Shown here: positions 17,973 to 27,840 of the stretch, piece after piece
Layout of the letters: each line of letters begins with the position of its first letter
How positions within the stretch are numbered: position 1 is the first letter of the stretch
From: Dehalococcoidia bacterium
GTDB lineage: Bacteria; Chloroflexota; Dehalococcoidia; Bin125
DNA: 64,000 nt
Direction: 5' to 3'
Assembly (NCBI GenBank): GCA_963663895.2
Contig: CAXXRD010000004.1
Location: 59,139 to 123,138 of the forward strand
Position numbers and translations under genes: made by a program
The notes under the pieces: model-generated
What the model was told of the DNA's origin: nothing
The model's input: only the letters and a program-made list of their open reading frames with translations
Databases searched by the model: none

Positions 17973-19556
17973 TCAGCGCGCGAACAGGGACTGTATGCGT
18001 GCCGCGATCAGCTCCGCTTCGCGTGCGCGCATGATCAGCGACGCCGAGTAGTAGATCACGGCGCCGCCCACCGTCCCTACCAGCAACGCGAAGAAGGAAC
18101 GCGGGCCGAAGTCGCCGCTCTCGTCCAGGACCTCGAGGAGCACCGCCAAGCCTTCCGCCATGAGGGCAGTCGCGATGAGCGTGCGCAGCAGCGTCGTCGC
18201 CAAGGGACGTGTCCAGAGCCCGCCCTCCAGTCGCCCGTGGAGCGTTGCCAACAGCAGCCCGGCTTCCACGATCGTGGCGACGGAGAGCGCCAGCGCGAGC
18301 CCTCGCACGCCGAGCGGCCCCACCAAGACCGCCGCCAGCACCAAATTCAAGAGCATCGCCCCGACGGCAAAGGCCACCGGGGTGCGCGTGTCGCCCAGGG
18401 CGTAGAAGCCGCGCGAGAGGACCTCAATGGCGGAGTGGGCGAAGAGGCCGACCGCGAAGTACAGCAATATCGACGAGACAAGCGCCGAGGAGACCTCGTC
18501 GAACGAGCCGTGCTCCAAGAGCGTACGGACGAGCGGCTCGCGCAGGAAGATCATCGCCACGCCAGCCGGGAGGCTGAGGAACATGGTGAAGCGGAGCGTG
18601 CCGGCGACCATCTCGCGGACCGCGCCGTGGTCGTCGCGCGCGGCCTGCGCCGCCAGGGAGGGGAAGACCGCCATCGCCAGCGACATCCCGAAGAGTCCGA
18701 CCGGAAAGAGCAAGATCAGCCAGGCGAAGTTCAGGGCGGAGATCGCCGCCTCGCCCTCAAAGGAGGCAAAGAAGGTGAGCACGACGAGATTGATCTGGGC
18801 CGCCGCCAGCCCGATCATCCGCGGACCCATGAGCCGCAGGACCCGCCGCACCCCGGGCTCGCGCAGGTTCAGGCTCGGCACGAGACGGAAGCCGGCGGCC
18901 GTGAGCGCGGGCAGCTGCGCAGCGAGATGCAGGCCGCTACCGACGATCACGCCGATCGCGAGCCCCTCCACGCCGTAGCGGTCCGAGAGCAACACCGCCC
19001 CGCCGATGATCGCGAGGTTATAGAGCATGGGTGCGAAGGCGGGGAGCAGGAAGTGCTGCCGCGCGTTGAGGATGCCGGTGATCATGCCCGATACCGCGAA
19101 GAGAATGGGCGAGACCAGCATCACACGGGTGAGGAAGATCGCGTCGCGTTGGAGTTCGTCCTGGTTCGGCAGGCCGTCGCCGAGCCCCGGCGCCATGGCG
19201 GGCACGATCCACTCCGCGGCCAGGAAGACGATCGCGGCGAGGGCGATGGTCGCGAGGAGGACCCAGTTGAGCACGATGCTGGCGAGACGCCAGGCCTCGT
19301 CGTCGCCGCGCTTGGCGACATAGCTTGCGTAGACCGGGATGAAGGCCGCGGCGAGCGTGGCGCCGGCGAGCACCTGGAAGACCAAGTCGGGCAAGCGGAT
19401 CGCAACCCAGAAGACGTCCAGCTCGGCGCTGGTGCCGTACTCGTTCGCGATGGCCACCGCCCGAAGCGCGCCCAGGAGCCGGCTGCCGAGGAACCCCAAT
19501 CCCACCAGCACCGCAGCTCCGGCCACGGTGCTGGTGGCTCCCGTGAAGACCGTCAC
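17973..19556 (-). CDS. murJ: Murein biosynthesis flippase MurJ/MviN
   Basis: SRLLG..R, F..A.RLPD, AFIPV, RGFYALGDTRTP motifs and many TM helices. Confidence 0.95.
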   Translation of the reverse strand: MTVFTGATSTVAGAAVLVGLGFLGSRLLGALRAVAIANEYGTSAELDVFWVAIRLPDLVFQVLAGATLAAAFIPVYASYVAKRGDDEAWRLASIVLNWVLLATIALAAIVFLAAEWIVPAMAPGLGDGLPNQDELQRDAIFLTRVMLVSPILFAVSGMITGILNARQHFLLPAFAPMLYNLAIIGGAVLLSDRYGVEGLAIGVIVGSGLHLAAQLPALTAAGFRLVPSLNLREPGVRRVLRLMGPRMIGLAAAQINLVVLTFFASFEGEAAISALNFAWLILLFPVGLFGMSLAMAVFPSLAAQAARDDHGAVREMVAGTLRFTMFLSLPAGVAMIFLREPLVRTLLEHGSFDEVSSALVSSILLYFAVGLFAHSAIEVLSRGFYALGDTRTPVAFAVGAMLLNLVLAAVLVGPLGVRGLALALSVATIVEAGLLLATLHGRLEGGLWTRPLATTLLRTLIATALMAEGLAVLLEVLDESGDFGPRSFFALLVGTVGGAVIYYSASLIMRAREAELIAARIQSLFAR

Positions 19557-19770
19557 GCGTCCCTCACGCCGCTAGGTGGAGGGAACCGCAGTCACCCCGG
19601 TTCGTTCCACCGAATGCAGACACGCCCTGCCCCCAATCGACGAAGTGCGAGCGAGTGCGGATCGCATCAATGCAAAGCTAGACCTGCTCCCGTGCCCGTC
19701 GGTACGATAGTCTCACGGCATCCGGCTCCAGGCACGAGGGTGCGCGTTCGATCGAAGCAGCGAGAAGACT

Positions 19771-20094
19771 TTGGCAAATAAAGCGGCGGCCAAGAAGTAT
19801 TACCGCGCCTCTCAGCGGCGCCGGATGCGCAACAAACCCGTGCGGACGCGCGCACGCACGAGCGTGCGCGACGCGATCGAGGCGATCGCGGAAGGGGATT
19901 GGACGGAAGCGGATGCCGCGGTCGTCGCGGCCGTCTCGGCGCTCGACCGCGCCGCGGAAAAGGGCGTAATCCACGCCAACAACGCCGCCCGGCGCAAGTC
20001 GCGTCTCCTGCGCCGCTACCACACGGCCCGAAACCCGGAGCGTACCGCCGTGGCGCACACACGCCCGCCCGATCCCGCCACGATCGCCGGCTAA
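19771..20094 (+). CDS. rpsT: 30S ribosomal protein S20
   Basis: MAN.K.A.K, LDRAA.KGVIHANNAARRKSRL; TTG start. Confidence 0.96.
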   Translation: MANKAAAKKYYRASQRRRMRNKPVRTRARTSVRDAIEAIAEGDWTEADAAVVAAVSALDRAAEKGVIHANNAARRKSRLLRRYHTARNPERTAVAHTRPPDPATIAG

Positions 20095-20147
20095 GGCAGC
20101 CTTTTCCCCTCGCGCCGCGCCGCCAGCTAGCATGATCTAATGGCGAC

Positions 20148-21077
20148 ATGGATCACCAGGCGCCGCCCGTGACTACCGATCCGAGCTACGACGAGGATCG
20201 CATCCCGGAGGAAGGGCCGCTCAGCTTGGGCGAGGAGCTTCGCCAAGCTCGCGTGAGCAACGGCATCACCCTGGACGAGGCCCAGCGCGCGACGCGGATC
20301 TCGCGCCGCTATCTGGAGGCGCTGGAGAGCGATGACTACGCGGCGCTGCCGGCCGCCGTGTTCGCGCGCGGCTTCCTGCGATCGTACGCACAGTTCCTCG
20401 GTCTGGACGCCGACGCGCTGACCGCTGACTTCCCCGGACAGCCGCGTCCGCCCACCGCCCTCCCCGACCCGCGAGCGACCGGTCCCCGTGTCGAGACGGG
20501 CCGCCGCCAGCACGATCGCCGCCGTCTCGACCCCGAGGAGGCGTTCGACCCCTACCACGCCCCCAGCGCCGATACGACCGAGCGCTTGGCGTCGATCCCC
20601 CACGTCGACATGCGCGCCCCCGGCGTGCGCCTCGGTCCCTGGCTGGTGGCGGGATTCGTGGTGCTCGTCGTCCTCGCGGGCGTCATCGCGGTGGTGACGC
20701 TCGGCGAGGACGAGCCCGCCGCGGCGCCGGCGACGGGGGTGCCCGGGGTCGCGGTCGATTCCGAGATTCCGATCGTCCCGGAAGCCGTGGTGCAGGAGCA
20801 GCCGATGATCGAGCTGGGAACGATGCCCGACTTCCGTCCCCGCTCGCTGGAGGATGCACTGACGATCTTGCGCCGCTCGGGGCTGCCGTTCGCGGTGATC
20901 GAAGTGTTCGACGCCAGGATCCCGGCCGGCAGAATCATGGAGCAAGCGCCGCTGCCGGGCGAAGCCCTCGACGTATCCTCCACGGTGACGCTGGTCGTAT
21001 CACGCGGAGCCATGCCCGCCGCGCCCGCGCCCGGCATCGCGCCGGCGGATGCAACGGGCGGGGCGGCCGGCGGCTAG
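20148..21077 (+). CDS. RodZ-like protein: HTH_25 domain, TM helix and C-terminal PASTA domain
   Basis: LGEELRQAR...TRISRRYLEALE...LP..VFARGFLRSYA..LGL; one TM helix; MPDF......A...L...GL...G.I..Q.P.PG......V.L.VSRG. Confidence 0.85.
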   Translation: MDHQAPPVTTDPSYDEDRIPEEGPLSLGEELRQARVSNGITLDEAQRATRISRRYLEALESDDYAALPAAVFARGFLRSYAQFLGLDADALTADFPGQPRPPTALPDPRATGPRVETGRRQHDRRRLDPEEAFDPYHAPSADTTERLASIPHVDMRAPGVRLGPWLVAGFVVLVVLAGVIAVVTLGEDEPAAAPATGVPGVAVDSEIPIVPEAVVQEQPMIELGTMPDFRPRSLEDALTILRRSGLPFAVIEVFDARIPAGRIMEQAPLPGEALDVSSTVTLVVSRGAMPAAPAPGIAPADATGGAAGG

Positions 21078-21210
21078 CGATAGCGGACGTCAAGGCGATG
21101 GCCGAGATCCCTCGGCCGTTCCTCTAGCGAGACGCTATCCCCATCGCGCGCCAAGGGACGTTCCCCTGTAGCGGGCGGCGGGGTCTCGCCGGCCCAGCCG
21201 ACATGATCGG

Positions 21211-22134
21211 CTACACGATCTGCGGATCAAGGCCAGCCCAGGGGAAGACCGGTCCACCCTCCAGCGCGGATCGGAAGGCGCCCTCCATCTCGCTGCAGAC
21301 CTCGTCGACGGTCCAAGGCCGGGAGCCGATCATCTCTCGCTCGATAGACGGGTTGGCGTAGAGCTGGATCTTGTAGCCGCGGACGCCGATGACCCGGCCG
21401 CTGAGCCAATCGGAGGCGGCGCTGGACAGGTAGACGACGGGCGGTGCGATGTTGTCCGGAGAGCGGCGGGGGTCATCGGCGGGGTCGCCCATGGAGCCGC
21501 TCTGGCGACCGATGGGGATGTCTTGCAGCATGCGCGTCGCGGCCGAAGGGGCGATGGCGTTGGCCGTCACGCCGTAACGATGCAGGGCGTTGGCGCAGGA
21601 CCACGTGAAGCCCGTGATGCCCATCTTGGCGGCGGCGTAGTTCGGCTGCCCCGGCGACCCGTGCAGGCCCGAGACCGAGGTGAAGTTGATCAGGCGGTAG
21701 TGGCCCTCGCGCGCCTGCCGCCAGTGGATGGCGGCGAAGCGGGTCGTGTTGTAGGTGCCCTTCAGATGGACGGCGACCACGGCGTCCCACTCCTGCTCGG
21801 TCATGTTGAAGACCATGCGGTCGCGGAGGATGCCGGCGACGTTGATCAGGACATCGAGGCGTCCGTATTCGTCGAGCGTCTGCTGCACCATGCCCTCCGC
21901 GTCGCCGTGGTCGGCGACGTTGCCGAAATTCGCGACGGCCACGCCGCCGGCCGCGGTGACCTCATCGACCACCTGCTGCGCGGGGGCCTGGTCCTCGCCG
22001 GCGCCGTCGACGGCGCCACCGAGGTCATTGACCACGAGGTGCGCGCCCTCGCGCGCCATGACGCGTGCCAAGGATGCGCCGATCCCCCGGCCCGCCCCCG
22101 TGATCAGTGCTACGCGGCCGTCTAGCTGTCCCAT
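21211..22134 (-). CDS. SDR family oxidoreductase (FabG/MFE-2-like)
   Basis: TGAGRGIG, VVNDLG, AGILRDRM and NYAAAK (YxxxK) motifs. Confidence 0.93.
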   Translation of the reverse strand: MGQLDGRVALITGAGRGIGASLARVMAREGAHLVVNDLGGAVDGAGEDQAPAQQVVDEVTAAGGVAVANFGNVADHGDAEGMVQQTLDEYGRLDVLINVAGILRDRMVFNMTEQEWDAVVAVHLKGTYNTTRFAAIHWRQAREGHYRLINFTSVSGLHGSPGQPNYAAAKMGITGFTWSCANALHRYGVTANAIAPSAATRMLQDIPIGRQSGSMGDPADDPRRSPDNIAPPVVYLSSAASDWLSGRVIGVRGYKIQLYANPSIEREMIGSRPWTVDEVCSEMEGAFRSALEGGPVFPWAGLDPQIV

Positions 22135-22210
22135 TTGTCGCTTCCTTTCCGGCTCGGGTCCGATCGGTTGCCGGCCCGAGCGATCTGCTCGAATGCGCTC
22201 AGTGAAGAGG

Positions 22211-22654
22211 TTAATCGAAGAGACGATCCAGCGAGAGCGGACCGGCGCCCAGCAGGACGAGCGCAACGAGCCCCGCCACCAGGATCACGTTGAGCTCGTA
22301 GCCTTGCCGCTCACCGCCCTGAAACGGCATCTGCAGCTTGACCTTGCTGATATAGGCGGCGACGAGCATGCTGACCGCCATGGGGATGGCGATCCAACTG
22401 ACGACCAAGCCCATCAGCAAGAGCAGCCCTCCGACGAGCTCCAAGGTCGCGACCGCGGGCGCCGCCAGATGGGGGAAGGGGATCCCCAACTCCCCCATCC
22501 AGTCGCCCGTCCCGCGGATGCCGCGGGACCACTTCCCGAAGCCGGCATCGACGAAGATGAGGCCGAGCGCGATGCGCAACGGGATCGCGGCCCACTCGAT
22601 GTTCGACAGACCCCACGGCTGCGCTACCCAGTCCAGCGTCGGGGGATCGAGCAC
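22211..22654 (-). CDS. DoxX family membrane protein
   Basis: LRIALGLIF...G..K, ELVGG.LL..GL, GYEL and GAGPLSLD motifs. Confidence 0.9.
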   Translation of the reverse strand: MLDPPTLDWVAQPWGLSNIEWAAIPLRIALGLIFVDAGFGKWSRGIRGTGDWMGELGIPFPHLAAPAVATLELVGGLLLLMGLVVSWIAIPMAVSMLVAAYISKVKLQMPFQGGERQGYELNVILVAGLVALVLLGAGPLSLDRLFD

Positions 22655-22804
22655 GTAGGGGCCTCCACTCGCGCTGGCGACCCTAGCGCATGACGCTCGG
22701 ACCCGTCGATACGGCGGGTGCGCGTCGGCGGCCTCTGGCGGCACCGCGGGGCACACTGCGATACTGCTTTCAGGCCGACTTGCCGAGCGGAGGAGGGTGC
22801 GTTC

Positions 22805-23536
22805 GTGGGCCAGCTTGCCGACCGTCTACGCATAGCAAAGCGACGGGGCGACCCGCCGATCGGGTTCGCGGCGCGCGCGGCCGACGCGAGCAAGCGCCGT
22901 ACGCTGTTGATCGTCGTGACGGGCGAGCAAGCGCAGGGCGGCGATGCGCTCATCGTGCGCGCCGACCTTGCGGACGAAGCGGCCTTGCGCACGCTCACCT
23001 CCGCGAACGAACTACCGGTCGGGATCGAACCGCCGCAGCTGACGCACGCCGGCGCGGTCACGGCCGAAGAGGCGGGGGTCGATTTCGTCGTCTTCGGGGT
23101 CGACAACGCAACGGCGGCGGCGCTCACACGTCCCAAGCTCGATTGGGTCCTGCGGGTCGACGGCCTGCCGAGCGAGGGCGAACTGCGCGCGCTGGGCTCG
23201 TTGCGACCGCTGTTCATCGTGGTTTCACCGGCCGAAACGCCGATCAGCCTGGACCGGGCGATGGATCTGCGGCAAGTCGCGATGATGAGCAGCACGCCGC
23301 TGGGCGCCCCGGTCGATGCGGAGATCGACGTCGAGTCGCTCACCGCGCTGCGCGACTCCGGAGTGGCCGTGGTGCTTCTCGAGAGCCCGTCGGCAGCCGA
23401 GGTCGCGGCGCTGGCGGCGCGGATCGCGGAGATACCGGCGCGCCCGCGCCAGCACCGGGGCGGCGACTCGCCGACGCTTCCCAGCGTGAGCGGCGGCGAA
23501 GGCCAGGAGGAAGCGGACGAGGATCGCGTGCCTTAG
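22805..23536 (+). CDS. Conserved hypothetical protein, possible degenerate alpha/beta barrel
   Basis: GGAGGAGG RBS before GTG; alternating beta/alpha pattern (GVDFVVF, GVAVVLL); acidic tail. Confidence 0.7.
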   Translation: MGQLADRLRIAKRRGDPPIGFAARAADASKRRTLLIVVTGEQAQGGDALIVRADLADEAALRTLTSANELPVGIEPPQLTHAGAVTAEEAGVDFVVFGVDNATAAALTRPKLDWVLRVDGLPSEGELRALGSLRPLFIVVSPAETPISLDRAMDLRQVAMMSSTPLGAPVDAEIDVESLTALRDSGVAVVLLESPSAAEVAALAARIAEIPARPRQHRGGDSPTLPSVSGGEGQEEADEDRVP

Positions 23537-23543
23537 CCGGCCG

Positions 23544-24137
23544 CTAGTGCGCGTCTTCCTCCAAGGAACTCTTGCCAAGGCCGAGCTTGAGGCGCAGGAA
23601 GTACAACCCGATTCCAAAGACGGCGACGGCGAGCGCGATCAGGACGGTCCAGAGCACGAGCGACTCTCGGCCGCGTGGCTCACCGGCGGCGGCTTCGAGC
23701 GGCTCCGCTTCATCCACCTCGGCCCCGGGGGCGATGGCGAACGAGAAGGTGTCGCTGAACTCCTCGCCCGTGCGGTCGCGCACGGTCCATTGCACCGAGA
23801 CGAGGCCTTCCTCGGGCAGATGATCGGCGTGGATCAGCAGCGTGCGGTCGCTATAGCCGGACACCTCGACGCGTGCGCCCTCGATCGGACGCCCCGTCTC
23901 GCCGTCCAAGACGACGGCGCTGTTGACGCCCCGCTCCAGCAGCAGGGGCTCATCGAAGGTGATGCGGATGGCCTCGTGCAGTTCACCGACCTCGGCGCCC
24001 GCGCGGGGGTCGGTCTCGACGGGCTCCAACGCCGCGGCGCCCGCCCCGGCGGCGAGCAGCCCCGTGCCCACCACCAGCAGCAACAGCGCCAGGGCGAGCA
24101 GGAATCGCGATGCGGGCAGGAGAAGCCGCTGTGTCAT
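23544..24137 (-). CDS. CopC-like (Ig-fold) exported protein with a C-terminal membrane anchor
   Basis: Signal peptide, TDP..GA, I.ITFDEP, V.WTV......FSF.I and a C-terminal TM helix. Confidence 0.75.
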   Translation of the reverse strand: MTQRLLLPASRFLLALALLLLVVGTGLLAAGAGAAALEPVETDPRAGAEVGELHEAIRITFDEPLLLERGVNSAVVLDGETGRPIEGARVEVSGYSDRTLLIHADHLPEEGLVSVQWTVRDRTGEEFSDTFSFAIAPGAEVDEAEPLEAAAGEPRGRESLVLWTVLIALAVAVFGIGLYFLRLKLGLGKSSLEEDAH

Positions 24138-24287
24138 CGCCAGTCATGCTAGGAAACCCAGGGCCGCCCGGGCAAACCCCGGCGGCCCCGCCCATACGCG
24201 TGCGTGGACAGGCCGGCGGCGGCATCGATATCGTGACCGTGGAGGAGGCGGGGAAAACAGCCGCGCAAGGCCCGGAACGGACGTGCC

Positions 24288-26663
24288 GTGGGGAATGGAT
24301 GTCGAATTCCGCTCGCCGGCGCGGTGCTGCTCGCGGCGATCGTGGGAGCCGCCTGCGGAGGCGACGGGCAAGAGCGCGTCCCGGCCGCGGCTGAGCGGAC
24401 GCCCGACCTCCCGGCAGCGGACGGCCGGGGGCCGGCCGGGGAGAGCGTGCCGGCGCCGGCCCCCGATCGCGCGGTCCAGGAGATCGACGCGGCGCGGCGG
24501 CTGATCGAACAGGCCGACGCCTTGGAGCACGACGGCTTCTGGGAGGCCGCGGCCGAGACGCGGGGCCGCGTCGCGCAGGGCGATCTCGGGCCGGCGCTGC
24601 CCGCCGGCGAGCGCCAGCGCGCACAGCTGGCGCAGGTGCGGCTGCTGCTGCGCCTCGGCCGCGCGGGCGACGCCCTGGTCCTGATCGAATCGCTGGACCG
24701 GAACGGCTTCGAGGCGTCGAATGGGCGCACGCTCGATCTGCTGACGGCGCGGGCGGCGACAGCCGTGGACGAGCGGACATCCGCCATCGACGCGCTCTCG
24801 CGCTATCTGGCGGCCGACGGCGCGGCGGCCGTCACGGCGCTCCTGATGCGCGCGCGGCTCCTCACCGGCGCTCAGCGCATGGAAGAAGCGGAGGCGGACC
24901 TGCGCGCGGCGATCGACCACGCCGCCGCTCTCCACGACCAGATCGCCGGCGCCCGCGTCGAACTGGGCGCGCTGCTGGAGGGGCAGGCGCGCTACGAGGA
25001 AGCGAAGGCGCAGTACCGCGCCCTGCTGGCCGCCGCGCCCTGGTACGAAGCGATCGCGCTCCACCGGCTGGGCGCGATCGCTTGGGCGCTCGGCGACCCG
25101 CTCGGCGCGGAGCAGTCGTGGATCCCGCTGATGCGGGACCACCCGCGCCATTGGCGATCGAGCGACGCCCTCTCCCAGCTCACCGACGGCGGCTGGGCCG
25201 TCAACCCCGTGCTGCGCGGCCTCGTTCTCTACAGGCATGCGCGCTACGACGAGGCGGCCGAGGCGCTGCGCGTCTTCCTCGAAACCGACCCTCCCGCGGC
25301 GGAGCGGCACGGCGCGGCCTACTACCTCGCGGCGATCGCGGAAGACCAAGGGCGGAGCCGCGAGGCGATCGCCGGATACCTGCGCGCGGTGGCGGCCGAC
25401 GAGGGCGGGGAGCTGGCCGACGACGCCCTCTGGTGGGCCGCCCGCCTCGCCGAAGAGCTGGGAGAGCCCGCAGCCGCCATCCAGCACTACGATCGCCTGG
25501 CCGACGGCTACGCCGAATCGCCCTTCGCGGCGGACGCCCGCTTCCTGGCGGGGCTGGCTTCCTTTACAAATGGAGACATAACGGGTGCCCGGGAGCGCTT
25601 TGCCCGGCTGAGCGGAGAGGAGCGCGCCGCCGACGCGCAGCGCGGACTGCTGTGGAGCGGCAAGAGCCTCGCCCTGCTCGACGAGCCGGAGCGGGCCGCC
25701 ATCGCCTACGCCCGAGCGATGACGCGCGATCCCTACTCGTACTACGGCCTGCGGGCGGCGGCGCTGCTGGCGGATCGGGTGGACCAGGCAACGGATCAGA
25801 TCCGGGAGACGCCGGCCAGCGCGCCCTTTGCGCCGGACGGCCCCCGGCTGCGCGACGGCGGCGGCGCGATCGCCTGGCTCGCCGCGGCGCCGGGCCCGGC
25901 CGCCCCGCGGCGCGGCGCCGTGATCGTGCGCTCCCAGGACTGGCGGGCGGCGCAGGAGCTGCACGGAGCGGGGCTGCGCGTCCAGGCGGACGCCCGCTTC
26001 CGCGCGCTGATCGACGCCTACCGGGCCGAGCCCTGGCTCCTGTACGTGCTGGGGCGCCACTTCGAGGCGCTGCGGCTCCCCCACCTGCGGATCGAGGCGG
26101 CGGAGGCGCTGCTGGCGCCGCTCGGCGATCAGGAGCGCGCCGCCGCGCCGCCGGAGATCCTGGCCTGGGCCTACCCAACCGGCTGGCGGTCGCTGGCCGT
26201 CCACGAAACGGAGGGGAACGCCTTCGACGAGCTCCTGCTCTACGCCCTGATCCGGCAGGAGAGCCGCTTCAACCCGGACGCGGGATCGCCGGCCGGCGCG
26301 CTGGGCCTCATGCAGGTGATCGGGCCGACCGGCATCTGGATAGCGGAGCGGCTCGGCGACGGCGCCTTCCACACGGCCGATCTCTTCCGGCCGCACCTCT
26401 CCATCCGCTACGGCGCCTTCTACCTGGGCGTGCAGCTGGAGACATTCCAGCATGCGCTGCCGCCGGCGCTGGCGGCCTACAACGCCGGCCCCGGCAACGC
26501 GATCCGCTGGTCGGGCGACGATCCGGGCATCGACCCCGACCTCTTCTTCGAGCGGATCAGCTTCGCCGAGACTCGCCTGTACCTAGAAGCGGTGCTCGAG
26601 AACTACGCCTGGTACCGCTTCCTCTACGCGAACGCCCCCGCGCCCAGCCTGACGGGGACCTGA
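24288..26663 (+). CDS. TPR-repeat soluble lytic transglycosylase lipoprotein (Slt-like)
   Basis: Lipobox VGAAC, TPR-like repeats, IRQESRF (catalytic Glu), GALGLMQ, AYNAGPG and ETR.Y motifs. Confidence 0.92.
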   Translation: MGNGCRIPLAGAVLLAAIVGAACGGDGQERVPAAAERTPDLPAADGRGPAGESVPAPAPDRAVQEIDAARRLIEQADALEHDGFWEAAAETRGRVAQGDLGPALPAGERQRAQLAQVRLLLRLGRAGDALVLIESLDRNGFEASNGRTLDLLTARAATAVDERTSAIDALSRYLAADGAAAVTALLMRARLLTGAQRMEEAEADLRAAIDHAAALHDQIAGARVELGALLEGQARYEEAKAQYRALLAAAPWYEAIALHRLGAIAWALGDPLGAEQSWIPLMRDHPRHWRSSDALSQLTDGGWAVNPVLRGLVLYRHARYDEAAEALRVFLETDPPAAERHGAAYYLAAIAEDQGRSREAIAGYLRAVAADEGGELADDALWWAARLAEELGEPAAAIQHYDRLADGYAESPFAADARFLAGLASFTNGDITGARERFARLSGEERAADAQRGLLWSGKSLALLDEPERAAIAYARAMTRDPYSYYGLRAAALLADRVDQATDQIRETPASAPFAPDGPRLRDGGGAIAWLAAAPGPAAPRRGAVIVRSQDWRAAQELHGAGLRVQADARFRALIDAYRAEPWLLYVLGRHFEALRLPHLRIEAAEALLAPLGDQERAAAPPEILAWAYPTGWRSLAVHETEGNAFDELLLYALIRQESRFNPDAGSPAGALGLMQVIGPTGIWIAERLGDGAFHTADLFRPHLSIRYGAFYLGVQLETFQHALPPALAAYNAGPGNAIRWSGDDPGIDPDLFFERISFAETRLYLEAVLENYAWYRFLYANAPAPSLTGT

Positions 26664-26677
26664 GGGCGAACTCTGAG

Positions 26678-26695
26678 GCCTCTATTCGTAGAGGC
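26678..26695. repeat. Perfect inverted repeat GCCTCTA-TTCG-TAGAGGC at the islet left edge
   Basis: Read directly; no U-tract follows. Confidence 0.6.
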
Positions 26696-26748
26696 GGCGC
26701 GAATTCGGCGAGAACGTGGGGCGGCTGGATAATAATGCAGGGGGATAG

Positions 26749-27840
26749 ATGCGAAAGCGAGTGCCGGACGATAGCTTATATTCCGTTCTAGGAGGTACCT
26801 TGCCACTGCCCACGGACGAGGCCCAGCCGCTCTACAGCACCGAGTTGGGTCTTATGTTCCACGATAGCTGTGAATCAGCCTTGGCCCGACACCCCCTCAC
26901 GGAATTGCAGGGCCGCGTTCATCTCCTCTTCACATCCCCTCCTTTCCCCCTCAACACCAAGAAACGTTATGGCAACCGCACCGGTGATGACTACCTGCGT
27001 TGGCTCGCCAGTCTCGCTCCCCTTCTAAGTTCGTTGCTTCGTCCTGACGGCTCATTGGTCATCGAGATAGGCAACGCATGGGAGGCGGGGCGTCCGATTA
27101 TGTCGACACTCCCGCACAGGGCTCTTCTCAGCTTCCAGGAAGCGTCGGGGCTCCACCTCTGTCAGGAATTCATTGCGTTTAATCCTGCTCGCCTGCCCTC
27201 GCCTGTCCAGTGGGTGAACGTTGAGCGAATCCGAGTCAAGGATGCATTTACCAGAGTCTGGTGGCTCTCCCCGACTGACAGACCTAAGGCCGATAATCGC
27301 AAAATCCTCACGGCCTATAGTAAAAGTATGCAAAAATTGCTCTCCCGCGGCACGTACAACCCCGGGAAGCGCCCCTCCGCGCACGATATCGGCACCACGT
27401 CGTTTCTCAGTGATAACGGCGGGGCAGTCCCACCAAATGTATTGGTTCCAAGCGCTGCCGATGTGCTTGAAGAGGACGCATTAAGCGAAGAGGATGTTAT
27501 CTCTAATCTGATACCCGTCTCGAATACATCCTCGCAGGATTCCTATCTGGAGCACTGCCGGACTGAAGGGATTGATCCGCATCCTGCCCGAATGCCGGTA
27601 AAACTTGTTGAGTTTTTTGTCGAATTCCTCACCGATCCCGGAGACATCATCGTGGACCCTTTCGCAGGCTCAAACACCACAGGGGCAGTCTCGGAGCGGC
27701 TCGGGCGCAAATGGATCAGTGTCGAGGCGGATGCTGAATTCGCCTCGACATCATCAGCCAGGTTTCCATCGGTTGAGACCAGCGACCGGCAACACGAGAG
27801 TTTCGAGAAGATCTTCGCTATCGATCTGTCCGCTGGTTGA
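26749..27840 (+). CDS. Site-specific DNA methyltransferase, beta class (N4-cytosine or N6-adenine; M.PvuII-like motifs)
   Basis: Motif IV TSPPF precedes HPARMP and motif I DPFAGSNTTG. Confidence 0.92.
   Translation: MRKRVPDDSLYSVLGGTLPLPTDEAQPLYSTELGLMFHDSCESALARHPLTELQGRVHLLFTSPPFPLNTKKRYGNRTGDDYLRWLASLAPLLSSLLRPDGSLVIEIGNAWEAGRPIMSTLPHRALLSFQEASGLHLCQEFIAFNPARLPSPVQWVNVERIRVKDAFTRVWWLSPTDRPKADNRKILTAYSKSMQKLLSRGTYNPGKRPSAHDIGTTSFLSDNGGAVPPNVLVPSAADVLEEDALSEEDVISNLIPVSNTSSQDSYLEHCRTEGIDPHPARMPVKLVEFFVEFLTDPGDIIVDPFAGSNTTGAVSERLGRKWISVEADAEFASTSSARFPSVETSDRQHESFEKIFAIDLSAG

Noticed and set aside
24144-26453. Long antisense ORFs (this 769-aa one; also 8978-11149, 13815-15773, 17916-19781, 31679-33382 and 52223-53878)
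   Set aside because: Shadow frames of well-supported genes in high-GC DNA; Arg/Gly/Ala-rich with no motifs
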